From Naegleria gruberi (Eukaryota): 64,000 bases of DNA. The position numbers and the translations under genes were made by a program. Below, one piece after another: positions 36,198 to 48,074 of the stretch. Where the stretch lies: NCBI GenBank assembly GCA_000004985.1, contig GG738847.1. One strand, written 5' to 3'. The notes under the pieces were generated by a model. It searched no databases and had not been told where the DNA came from. It saw nothing but the letters and a program-made list of their open reading frames with translations. Every line of letters starts with the position of its first letter. Position 1 is the first letter of the stretch.

Positions 36198-37011
36198 CAA
36201 GTGCAGAAGATGAAAATGATGTTGAAGGTTTGTTTTTTAAGATTTTTTTAATTTTTTAATTATAATATTATTTAATATAAATAGCATTGAAAAATGCAAA
36301 GAGAGAACAAAATGAACAATCTCAAAATGATTATGCTGATGAGGAAAATGCAGAAGATGATATTATCAAACATTTATCATCTGTTGAAAAGTATGTTTAT
36401 TCTTTTATTTAAAATTTAAATTCAATTATAATTATATAATATTTAATATTAAAGATATGGATTTGAATTATTAACATCCATGACATTGAGAGCAGTTCAA
36501 CAAGAAATTGAAGAAATGAAACAAAATGAAAAGGAAAAGACTGAAAATTGGAAGAGTGAAATTGAAACAATTCAACAACCAAATGAAGAAGAAGAAGAAG
36601 TCTGATAATAGTTCTGATGATCAATCTTCAGAAGAAGAATCTGATAATGAAATCGATGATTTAAAACAACAAGAGGTATTGCATCAATCACAATTACACA
36701 ACACTGACACACACTCTATAACACTACCACCACTATTACCACTATCACCACCATTATCATCATTACAATTTAATAACGATATTAGTAATGATGATAAAAT
36801 ATCCTCCTCATCATCACGTAAACGAAAGAGTACACTATTGGAATAATCACAATTTCACTCAACTAAGTTTTTATAAAAATTTAATTTTTCACATAACAAT
36901 TTTACTTACATTTTAAAGTTTAAACAAGATAGAAATGTATTAAATTCTTTACAAATTAGTATACCAACTGCAATATTAAGAGATTTATATGGTGATTTGG
37001 AAGAATTATTC

Positions 37012-39687
37012 ATGACAAAAAAGAAGAATTCAATTAAGGATAATGATTTTGAATTACAACCTTCTATTTTACTTCCTTTTAATAATAATAATAGTATTAA
37101 TAGTATGAATATGAATAATAATCATTTGAATCATTTGAATAATCATATGAATGATGATAATAGTTTAATTCAAGTTAATAATGAAATAATGAATGATGAT
37201 AGTAGTGTATTATTAGATTATAGTGAAATTGGAAGTGGATCAATAGATGATATAATGATGTTTGCTGATTATCCTATTGTTAATAACACTACTACTACTA
37301 ATGATAACAGTTCTGATTTAACACCAACTAGTATTTCATCACCAAAATCCAATTCAACAATAACTGGAAGTACTGGATCATCATCTTCTAATGAAAAGAA
37401 GAAGAGAAAGAGAAAGGAATCTGAAAATTCTAATCATTTAACCAGTGAATCATCCAATGTAAATAATAATATCACCTCATCATCATCTTCATCATCATCA
37501 TCAATAACAACACCAATAACAAATTCACTATTAGAATCTAAATCTATTATTTTAATTGAACAACAACCTAAGAAGAGAACATCTAAATTAATAGATAAAT
37601 CACCTCTAAAACCATCATCATCTTTAAAATCTAATTTAAATTCTTCAACACAACAAGCATCATCTTCAACAACAATTAGAAGAAAGAATAATAGATCAAC
37701 TAGTCAAGATACAGAAACATTTATATGGACATTAGAGGAGGAACAATTATTATTAAAACTAGTTGAAAGACATATACATTTTAATAATTCTAGTAGTACT
37801 AGTAATAATTCTAATAATAATTTATCATTATATGAATCAACAATTGAAGAAATTAAAGAAGGTGTTAATTGGCAACATGTAACTGACATGTTAAATGAAA
37901 TATTATCACCCATATGTCCAAATAGATCAGCACAATCATGTTCTAATAAGGTTGAATTATTATTAAAAGAAATTCAATCAAGTAATAATTTAACTGATCG
38001 TACCAAAGATAGAACATTTGATGAATTAGTTAGAGAAATTAAAGAATTTAGATTGAAGAGAGTTTACAATTGTATAACTGGTACTTTTATTGGAACACCA
38101 ATAGTTGGTAATAATTCAAATTCAAATTCAAATACTTCTAATAACATATTATCAATGAGTAGTGGTGGAACTATATTATTACCACCACCTTCTTCATCCT
38201 CATCTAATACTACTACTTCTTCCTCTAATACTTCTAATAGTAATGCAATGAAGAGAAGGAGTAAAACACAAAATTCCATAACATCACTTGTATCCTCTCT
38301 ATGTATGATACATAAAAAGAAGAAGAAATCATCATCCTCATCATCATCAACAACATCATCATCGACAACATCATCAACAGGTAACAACAAATCAGATTCA
38401 TTTGTTGTACTATCAGCATCACAATCAAAGAAATTACAACCACCTAAATTATTAATATCCTCTACAATTGTTGAATCTCAATTAATTTTAAATAATATTA
38501 ATGCTACTTCTAATAGTAATGCATCAAAACATACACTTGATTATAAGAATACTGAAAAACAAACACTTACATTAAATTATTATAATGAATTTGAAAAGAA
38601 TACAAATATGGAAAATAATAATAATACTACCAATACCAATACCAATACTACTAATACTAGTAATATAGATTTAAATGATTCAGATAATAATTCAATACCA
38701 TCATCACCTATAACACCAACTCTAAAAACAATGAGTCAACAATTTGATTTTATGAATGATGATGAATTTGGATTAAATATAATTGGAATGAAAAAATCAA
38801 ATTCTTATTCTTTCAATTTTAATCAACAACAACAAACAAATAATAATAATAGTGGTGGTAGTGGTAGTAGTGGTGTTGGAACAATTGGACCAACTAGTCC
38901 ACAACATCAACGTAAACGTGGTACTATTACATCATCTAATAAGCAATCAAGTAATGTTATTAATAATACAAGTAATATGGCAACAACTAGTTCTGTAATA
39001 ACACCAATGACACCATTAAATACATTATCAAGTAATAATAATAATACTATAACCAGTAATAATAGTATGATGGGTTTATTAACACAACCTTCATTTATTA
39101 ATAGTAATAATACTAATATTAATAATAATACTAATAATAATAATTCAACAAGTAATGTTAATGTAGTGAATTCAGCAACATCTGCTGCAACTCAACCAGC
39201 AACAGGTGCATTCTTACAAAATAGAAATCATTTATTATCTACTCAAGCAAATAATATGGTTGTTGGAGTTAATGTTAGTGGAATTGGATCAGCAGCAACA
39301 TCAACAGTTGGTAATATTGTTAATCCTGCATTACTAACACCTGGTACTACTTATGGTGGCCAACATATTCAAAATGTTGGAACCTATTATGCAACTCAAG
39401 CATATACACGTGGATCAATTGTACCAACTATTAATCCAATGGTTAATACTTATTTACAAGCTCAATATAATGCTTCTTTATATAGAGCTAATGTTGGAAC
39501 ACAACAACCAATATATTTCAATCCTAATATTGTAAATAATATTGTAAATACCAATAATACAAATGTACACACCATCAATAATCCAACCAATGCAGCAACT
39601 CAACCTGCAACTAGTCGACAATCAACAAGTAATTCTTTTGCTCCAAGTTTTTTCATGAATCAAAATAATCAAAACAAGAAACAATAA
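37012..39687 (+). CDS. low-complexity nuclear protein with a Myb/SANT-like domain
   Basis: An 896-aa ORF; the track start 36997 is TTG and the ATG is at 37012. A possible upstream exon is suggested by an in-frame acceptor caaattag at ~36960. The Myb/SANT-like region is TFIWTLEEEQLLLKLVERHIHF…NWQHVTDMLNEIL…RSAQSCSNKVELLLKEI. It has long Asn/Ser/Thr and Gln tracts. Confidence 0.45.
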   Translation: MTKKKNSIKDNDFELQPSILLPFNNNNSINSMNMNNNHLNHLNNHMNDDNSLIQVNNEIMNDDSSVLLDYSEIGSGSIDDIMMFADYPIVNNTTTTNDNSSDLTPTSISSPKSNSTITGSTGSSSSNEKKKRKRKESENSNHLTSESSNVNNNITSSSSSSSSSITTPITNSLLESKSIILIEQQPKKRTSKLIDKSPLKPSSSLKSNLNSSTQQASSSTTIRRKNNRSTSQDTETFIWTLEEEQLLLKLVERHIHFNNSSSTSNNSNNNLSLYESTIEEIKEGVNWQHVTDMLNEILSPICPNRSAQSCSNKVELLLKEIQSSNNLTDRTKDRTFDELVREIKEFRLKRVYNCITGTFIGTPIVGNNSNSNSNTSNNILSMSSGGTILLPPPSSSSSNTTTSSSNTSNSNAMKRRSKTQNSITSLVSSLCMIHKKKKKSSSSSSSTTSSSTTSSTGNNKSDSFVVLSASQSKKLQPPKLLISSTIVESQLILNNINATSNSNASKHTLDYKNTEKQTLTLNYYNEFEKNTNMENNNNTTNTNTNTTNTSNIDLNDSDNNSIPSSPITPTLKTMSQQFDFMNDDEFGLNIIGMKKSNSYSFNFNQQQQTNNNNSGGSGSSGVGTIGPTSPQHQRKRGTITSSNKQSSNVINNTSNMATTSSVITPMTPLNTLSSNNNNTITSNNSMMGLLTQPSFINSNNTNINNNTNNNNSTSNVNVVNSATSAATQPATGAFLQNRNHLLSTQANNMVVGVNVSGIGSAATSTVGNIVNPALLTPGTTYGGQHIQNVGTYYATQAYTRGSIVPTINPMVNTYLQAQYNASLYRANVGTQQPIYFNPNIVNNIVNTNNTNVHTINNPTNAATQPATSRQSTSNSFAPSFFMNQNNQNKKQ

Positions 39688-39789
39688 ATTGATTGTCATC
39701 TTTTCTTTAAATAAACTTTGAGCATATGAATAGATTCGTAGTTAAATGGAGAATAAAAAGCATTACCAAATCTTTTCTTTAAATAATCT

Positions 39790-41155
39790 TTATTGTTTAG
39801 TAGTAGCATTTTCAAATCTTTGAACAAGTCTTTGATTTTGACCACTGTGTGGCTTCTTTTCAAGTCTCTTATCCAGCAATGACTTGGCAATTGGATGATT
39901 TTCCTTGTTTGGTGAATTGAAAATGGCATGAAGGAATAAAAGTTCAAATACATCTCTTTGAGCATTAGATCCACCAATTAAATGAGTCTTTCCAGGGAGA
40001 ATGACATCTTTGAGTAATTGAATAGTTTCATCAAATTTAGAATCATTAAAAGCATTAATTGCCTTACAAATTGGAATACCAACTTGTTGATGAACAAGAG
40101 CACAAGTATGATTAACATCATTAGATTTGGAATTTGTATAATTTTCCAATGATTGAATATGTGAATTAATAATTTCTTCATGAATTAATCTATTATTAAA
40201 TACCATTGTAATATGAGCATCATTAAAAGATAAAGCATGACTATGAATAATATTTTTCCATTGATTTCTAACCTTTTCCCATCTATTATCATTCTTTTCA
40301 ATCATACCTTCTAAATATAATCTAAATAATAAAGCAGAAGCATCAACTAAATCTAATGGAGTAATTGACTCGATGAAAATTGAAATCTTTTCATCATAAA
40401 TTTTTAAAATTTCATCCTTTTTTCCTTGATCCATTAAATATAAACAGAAATGCCACCACATATGACATGCTAATGCTTGACAATTAGCCCAATTATTTTC
40501 TTCTAATTTCATAAATTCAATTCCTTTTTGAATTTCACCTCTCATTTCATTAATATGAACAATTGCATGTAATGCCCATGCATCATCTTGATTAATTTCA
40601 ATAGCTTTAATTGCTGCTTTCATACCTTCATCATATCTATGTACTTCTTCTAATCCAAATGCTTTTTATATTAAATAAAATTAAAAATTAAATTAAAAAT
40701 ATTTAATAATATTTAATAAAATAAAAAATAAAAAATAACCCACCTAACATTCCCATAAAATAACCATATAATTCCATAGGTACATGATCATCTTGTTCAT
40801 AAATATTTAAATGTTTTTCAACACTTGAACAAATATTATTAGATTGACCAAGATAGAAATAAGCATCATGTGCAAATTTAAGTGCAATTACATCTAATGA
40901 ATCAATTTTTAATAATTCTTCCCATATTTCAGTAGCATTAATATATCTACCTTCTCTCCATGATTCTAATGCTTTAATATGAAGAATTTCAATTTCATTT
41001 TCACTTTTTAATTCTTTTAAAAATTTTAATTTTTTTAAATAATTTTCATTATCTAAAAATAGATCAGTTCTTAATAATTCACTTCCTAATTCAATCACTC
41101 TTGCCATTACATTTAATGGTTCTTCTTTTAATGTTTTTTCAAGTGTTTCTGTCAT
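39790..41155 (-). CDS. ttc38: tetratricopeptide repeat protein 38 (TTC38) homolog, at least two exons; the 5' end may extend into the N-gap
   Basis: Exon 1 is 40744..41155 and runs up to the gap. An 82-nt intron spans 40662..40743 (GTGGGT…aaaaag). Exon 2 is 39790..40661. It is collinear with TTC38 (IDSLDVIALKFAHDAYFYLGQ; DAWALHAIVHINEMRGEIQKGIEFM; WWHFCLYL; IGGSNAQRDVFELLFLHAIF). Confidence 0.8.
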
Positions 41156-41660
41156 TGAATTCTTCCATCCAATGTACTTTTATGATCATGATGATTATAT
41201 GTATACTTAATTGTATTGTTATTACNNNNNNNNNNNNNNNNNNNNNNNNNNNNNNNNNNNNNNNNNNNNNNNNNNNNNNNNNNNNNNNNNNNNNNNNNNN
41301 NNNNNNNNNNNNNNNNNNNNNNNNNNNNNNNNNNNNNNNNNNNNNNNNNNNNNNNNNNNNNNNNNNNNNNNNNNNNNNNNNNNNNNNNNNNNNNNNNNNN
41401 NNNNNNNNNNNNNNNNNNNNNNNNNNNNNNNNNNNNNNNNNNNNNNNNNNNNNNNNNNNNNNNNNNNNNNNNNNNNNNNNNNNNNNNNNNNNNNNNNNNN
41501 NNNNNTCCAACATACACACTCCTCAAAGATAAAATATCTTAATCACTCCCAATTTTAATCAATGATTATTATCCACACTGTACTACTACTACTACTTGAA
41601 GAGATTACCATTAAATTAAATAATATTAATATATTCAATTATAAAATTCAATTAAAAAAA

Positions 41661-42379
41661 ATGTTGTCCAAATTTAAAAACTGTTTAAACATTTCTTCTT
41701 CTTCAAGAAACAAATTCATTCAATCATCACTATGTAAATTAAATAATACCACCAATAATATTACCAATAATAATAATATTTATCGTTCATTTACCATTAC
41801 TAATTCAACATTCTCTTCTTCTTCCGATAATAATTCATCATCATCATCATTTACATCACAACAACAATTAGAACAATTAAATAATAACAATTCATCTCCA
41901 TCATCCAATAATAATAATTCTAATAATTCTTCTAATAATAATAATTCTTCTTCTAATCATACATTTTCATTAGAAGATTTAGATAAAGTAAAAGAAGAAT
42001 TAATTAAAAATTTATTAGAAATTGATTCTAATTCATCAGTTCCATTACCATCACCTGGTAAATCATCTGGTGATCAATCAATTGATGAAGCAACTAAACA
42101 ATGGAGATTAACAAATACTAAAGATGATGAAAATTTACAAAAATTATTTAAATCAACAAAACAAAAAGCATCAACTTCTTTATTAGAACAATCTCAATTA
42201 AATAGTAATATTAATGATATGGAAAATGATGATTTTGAAGTTGGTGTTGATAAAGATGAATTTTCTAAATATGTTAATCCATTCAATCCTGAAACACAAG
42301 AAGTTAATGGTCCAAAAAGGTGCTGAACCTACTAGATTTGGTGATTGGGAAAGAAGTGGAAGATGTGTTGATTTTTAAA
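41661..42379 (+). CDS. sdhaf4: succinate dehydrogenase assembly factor 4 (SDHAF4 / DUF1674) homolog; a -1 frameshift at an A5 run near the C-terminus
   Basis: ATG at 41661 with a mitochondrial-presequence-like N-terminus and an Asn/Ser-rich linker. The C-terminal signature NPFNPETQEVNGPK is followed, after removing one A from ccaaaaagg (~42320), by GAEPTRFGDWERSGRCVDF*. This matches the SDHAF4 terminus GPKGPEPTRYGDWERKGR. Confidence 0.6.
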
Positions 42380-42492
42380 ATATTTTAAAAATTATATTAT
42401 ATTAATAATACCCTTTTTTATTAAAATAATAATATTTATAATTAAAATAAATATTATAAAAATATAATATAATAAATATAATAATAATAAAA

Positions 42493-44052
42493 TTATTCAT
42501 TAACTTTTGAAACAATTCTCTTAAATCTCATAATATTTAATTTTTCAAAAATGAATTTAAATAAAATGGTAACCTTATTAACTCTCTTTTTAAAACCAAT
42601 TCTTGCCATACCTTCACTATACTTGTTAATTCTTTCAAATGATAATTTAGAATCTTGTTCATATAATTGTAATGCTTGATTAGTTAATCCATGTTCATTT
42701 AATTGAATACATAATTGAATTGCATCATGAATAGCAACATTACCACGTTGAAATAATGTTGGATCAACACTGTGTGCTACTCCACCAATTGCAACTATAT
42801 TACCATTGGCACTATTATTATTACCAGTATTATTATTACTGCTAGTATTACTAGTATTATTCTTATTAATATTACTAGTATTATTATTATTAATATTAAA
42901 AGGAATAAATAAATTCTTCAATTCATGATCATATGAAATTTGAGAATGTGCAATGGTATGAATTCTATTTCTAGAATAAACGTATTGTCTAATAATATCA
43001 ATAACACTATCAACACCATTATCTCTTAAATTAGTATGAATCTTATTAACGAAATGAAGTGAATTTGTAGAATTTCTTTCCATTCCTAATGCAGAATGTT
43101 TTGGAATGTATTGAATTGAATGAATTCCTAATTGTTGATTTGATAAAGGTATAATTGCTAATCTACTTGAATTATTCCACCATTCAAATAATCTATTTTC
43201 ATAATCAATATCAGAAGGTGAAGGTAAAATAATTGTATCACATTCATAATTTCTAGATTTTAAAATTAATTCATTTCCTAATTTAGTTTGTAAATATTTA
43301 ACAGATTGTGATTGTGAAATATCATCTTCTGCTGCAACAAGTAAATCAACATGACGTTTTGTAATTGATTTTTTAGTTGAAAGTGAAATTCTATTACCAT
43401 TTTCATTAATATTTCTAATATTATCATTAATTAAATTAATATTTGATAATTTTTGTAATTTATCATTTAATAATTTTAATAAATAACTTTTTTGACATGA
43501 ATATAAACATGGTGGTGTTGTATTTTTTAAATCCATAACTGTTAATGCATTACGTATATCTGCACGTATTAAATGATAATGTGTTAATTTAATTACATTT
43601 TTAGATTGTTTTAAATCAATTTCACAATATTCATTCAATAATTCAATACTTTTATGTGATAATACTAATATTTCATCTTTAATATCTTCACTTGTTGTAT
43701 ATATATCAATTATACTTTGTGGTTCTTTTAATGAATATGCAATTGAAAATACTAATCCTTCAATAGTTTGTCCACTTACACCAATATGTTGTTGTTGTTG
43801 TTTTTTATTATTATTATTATTAGTTGTATTAGTAGTTGTATTAGTATGAGTTGTAGTAGTAGTATTAGTAGTAGAAGTAGATGAAGGCTTTGGTGCATAG
43901 ACTCTCAAGGAGGATGAAAAATTAGCCTTGTTGAAGAAATTTGTTGAAGAAGAAGTAAATTATTATGAGTAGAAATAGAAGAAGGATAAAAAGACTTGGT
44001 CATTTCATTGGCCAACATGGAGTGAGCCGAATGACGCAATAAACGCAAACTT
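42493..44052 (-). CDS. UbiH/COQ6-family FAD-dependent monooxygenase-like protein with degenerate cofactor motifs; a probable short 5' exon encodes a mitochondrial presequence
   Basis: The main exon is 42493..43908. The GD-AH-x-P-x-GQG-N-type motif is present but degenerate (IVAIGGVAHSVDPTLFQRGNVAIHDAIQL). The GADG motif is replaced by VAAEDD, and the GxGxxG is replaced by GVSGQTIEG. The upstream in-strand ATG at ~44052 reads MKSLRLLRHSAHSMLANEMTK… in a different frame, so an intron or frameshift is implied. Confidence 0.5.
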
Positions 44053-46097
44053 TTCATTTTTTTTCAATTTTACCTTTTATTGTGTGAATGAATACTAAAA
44101 TGGCCATTCAATTAGATGAGTTTAAAACACAATTATTGCCTTTATCATATTATTATATTGAAATTACAATGAAAGTTAATTAAATATGTAATTTTTCATG
44201 ATATTATCTTTCATTGTGAGAATGGATCCATAATTATAGATATTCAATACATTTAATACTTCCTATATTAAAATAAATAATAATAATGAAACAATAATAA
44301 TAAATTAAATTTTTAAATAAACATAGGATAGAGTTTGTATTAATAAAAGTTTATTTAATATTTTTAATTTTATATTTAATTGAATAACTTTTAATTAAAC
44401 TTAATTTTTGTTTATTAAAATTAATTACATAAACAATTTTCATAATACAATAAATTAAATACAATATTTTAAATTCAATTAATTTTTTTCCTTTTTCATA
44501 TAAAATTCAACCAAGAATATTTATTATAATGAATATAATTACCCTCTATTAATTTATAATTTAAATTATTTAAATAAATATCATTATTCTTTAAAGTACT
44601 ATTAATAATATTTAGTTTATTATCATTTAAACTACTAATAAGTATTTTTATAGGCATTAATATTTTACATTATTAATGTATTTTAAATAGACTTGTTGAT
44701 TATGATTTTATAAATAATTAGTTTAAATTTAATTATAAATGTTCGATAATATATTTTGTACAATTACAATTAGGTATTATCTGCTAATAATAAATCTATC
44801 CTGGATTCCATTAAGAATATTTAATTTTAATTAACATGTATTAATATTAGCATGTTTCAATTTGCAAAAATTTATGCCATTAAGTTTGCTCAAGAACTGA
44901 ATTCAGTGATCGGAACAGATATTACTAACCTTCTCAACTAAGTTTTATGAAGGAACGAAGCATTGTTGTTATGACAACTTTTACCATGAGCTGATTGTTG
45001 TATATGGTTTATTAACAAAAATACTTAGGCTAAGACGGTTACATTATTGTATTTCTACAACTGCGGTACATAACCAAAACTCAATAAATGTAGATGAACA
45101 CTACCATTGAGTAAATAGCTAGGTACGGTAGTTGCTAATACCATAGAATCATAGAATAATATAGTATACAGTACTATCAGTACTATACATCTCAATATAT
45201 GTCATCGTAACTATTTTCTGTTGAATTACACTTACGTTGATCACGGTTACAATGTATAATTGATTGATCGAACGGTACAAAGAATACAACAATATTTTCA
45301 TTGAGAATAGATTTTAATTCATACCTCATTATCTGAAGCACTTCTACATAGTACATGATGTTAATTAATTGGTGCCGAAGAGGAAACAACACAAGGATCA
45401 CCAACACCTCAAAATGAGAACAAAATTCTCCTGGTAATACTGACAACGGAGAGGAACCAGAAGATGACGAGGCAGGGTTTAGGCCATATATCCTAATCAT
45501 TAAATGAATCTATTGTACAACAAACATTAAATGATTGCGTGTAGACGATTTACCATTAATAGAAGTGCCACTTTATTATTTGAATCTGATTAGTGTATNN
45601 NNNNNNNNNNNNNNNNNNNNNNNNNNNNNNNNNNNNNNNNNNNNNNNNNNNNNNNNNNNNNNNNNNNNNNNNNNNNNNNNNNNNNNNNNNNNNNNNNNNN
45701 NNNNNNNNNNNNNNNNNNNNNNNNNNNNNNNNNNNNNNNNNNNNNNNNNNNNNNNNNNNNNNNNNNNNNNNNNNNNNNNNNNNNNNNNNNNNNNNNNNNN
45801 NNNNNNNNNNNNNNNNNNNNNNNNNNNNNNNNNNNNNNNNNNNNNNNNNNNNNNNNNNNNNNNNNNNNNNNNNNNNNNNNNNNNNNNNNNNNNNNNNNNN
45901 NNNNNNNNNNNNNNNNNNNNNNNNNNNNNNNNNNNNNNNNNNNNNNNNNNNNNNNNNNNNNNNNNNNNNNNNNNNNNNNNNNNNNNNNATTAATATGAAC
46001 AATTGCATGTAATGCCCATGCATCTACATACGAAATATTCTGGAAGACAATTTATCATCGATACGTCATTACTAATATTATTGAAAAATATCAAAAG

Positions 46098-47823
46098 ATG
46101 AAAGACTATGGTGCTACTACCAGTGCAACTAACAATATTCCACTGAGTGAAATACTCAATGATTCGAAACATTACAATAGAGAGAAGAAGAAACAAACTT
46201 TGAAACTAATCAGAGGAATTAAATCAAATTCTGGACAGAAAAAACTAATTCCCTTCGTTGTACATAGGGCAGTGATGCAATCACTTTTGAATGCCTATGA
46301 TAAACATATATTGGAGGTATGATAAACATATATTGGAGGATGGTAGTGCTGCTGAGAGAACCTCTTCTATAAAGGAAAAACTATTTTTAAATTTACAACA
46401 AAATGTGGTGGATAAAGGATTCAAGTATTTGATGGAAAAACAAATTAATTCAGAAATGACTATAGCTCAAAATGTTTTCTTTGGAGGTTTGAAGACTACT
46501 TTTCAACATCATTCAAATGAAATTGTACTGAATTTTCTGATACATGTCTTGGGAGAGGAATATATGAGTAATATTAGTGTAAAGAAGAAATTTAATCCAA
46601 ATGTAATTGATTTGAAATTGGTTCTAAAGAAATTATTCAGAGGAATTTCCGAAGAGTTTCATTCTAAATTGTATTGGGATATGATGATAGAATTATCATT
46701 GCAGAAATTACCTGAATTAATTCCAAAGAAAGAATTTTCAAATGTTTTAAAGGGCTTATTCGAATCTAGAAAATTCAAAGCTCCAATATCTTGGATATCA
46801 ATTATGTATGCCAATTGTTATTATTATGAGGATGTAAATGAGCTAATGTATGAACTTTTGAATAGGAATGGAATTGATACTTTTGGACCATTGGCAATAA
46901 GTGAATATTTTACAGAATCCATTTCAAAAACATTTTCTTTATTGGCAGAATATCAGTTTTTCATCAAATATTTACAATTTTTGGGAAAATTCCTAGAAGG
47001 AGAGAAAATTAATGTACAAGTTACTGAAAATAGTTATTTTTATTCGTTAATGGGACGATTATCCAATGAAGAGAGTACTAATTTGAATGATTTTCTTGAT
47101 AATTTACCAATTCCATTATTAGAGATGATTAACTTGAAAAGTATGAACCAATTCCATGTCAATATACATAGAATATTGGAATATGTTAAAGGGAAAGGAA
47201 TTTTATATTCTCAATCAGCCATAGAGAATTATTTGGCAGGATTTTACCTCTATTCAACACAATACGGTCAAATAATTAAATTCTTAATTGACAATTATCA
47301 TACAGCAGATATTTATGAAATAGAAAAGAAGGTGAAATTCTACCCAAAACTTGTACAATATTTATCAAATATCTATAATAATGTGGCTGTATATGTTAAT
47401 GAGTTTGCCACTTTATTTCCATCAGATAAACCAATTGATTTGGACAAGCTTTCTGAATCGTGCAGTAGTAGTAGTAGTAGAAGTAGTATTAGTATTGGAG
47501 ATTTAATTTTAAAAAATTGGAAAAATCCAAAAGAATTTGTACAATTTTGTAAGAAACGTTTCATTCAGAATATTTTCTATTTACCAACAGTTTACCGTAT
47601 TCTGTCACAAGTACTCAAATATTACAATGATAATTTAGAGATTAAGAGAGCTATCTATGAAGCAGCCATGTTTAATGAAAATCTAAAGCTCTCTAATTAC
47701 GTTACCCAATTACTTGAGGAAGAACCTGAATTATTACAAGAAACCACACTTCAATTCAATAATTATCATCAAACAGATCCAAGGTTTGCCATTTCAGTCT
47801 ATCTATTTTGTAATGAGAAATAA
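46098..47823 (+). CDS. hypothetical protein; the ORF is interrupted by a 22-bp tandem duplication at 46300-46343
   Basis: ORFs 46098..46322 and 46291..47823 fuse into one ~580-aa frame if one copy of TATGATAAACATATATTGGAGG is removed (…LLNAYDKHILEDGSAAERTSS…). No domain recognised. Confidence 0.45.
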
Positions 47824-48074
47824 TTATTTTTGTAAGCAATCCAGAGTTGGTAAAAAACCCATTTTTGAAACAAACGAGAATTTTCCATTTCTTCATATCT
47901 TTAGAGACCTCTATTGTTTCTTCCTTCTGACTTTTTGGATTAAATTCAATAGTTTTGAATATTGCTCTCCTTGATTTTGTTTGTGGTTTTATATCTAAAT
48001 TTACAATAATAATATCATACATATTTACAATTATTTTTCTGCAATATTTAAAGTGATTTGCTTTTCAGCCAAGT

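Noticed and set aside
41101-41558. ORFs consisting almost entirely of X (41101..41532, 41139..41519, 41152..41526, 41211..41558, 41216..41542)
   Set aside because: These are translations of the N-gap at 41226-41505. The same applies to the X-ORFs over the gap at 45599-45988. They carry no sequence information.
46322-46344. Reading the second copy of the 22-bp duplication as a 22-nt GT…AG intron
   Set aside because: It formally restores the frame, but 22 nt is far below the shortest supported intron here (41 nt) and the spliceosomal minimum in Amoebozoa. The copy is identical to the adjacent exon sequence, which is the signature of a duplication.
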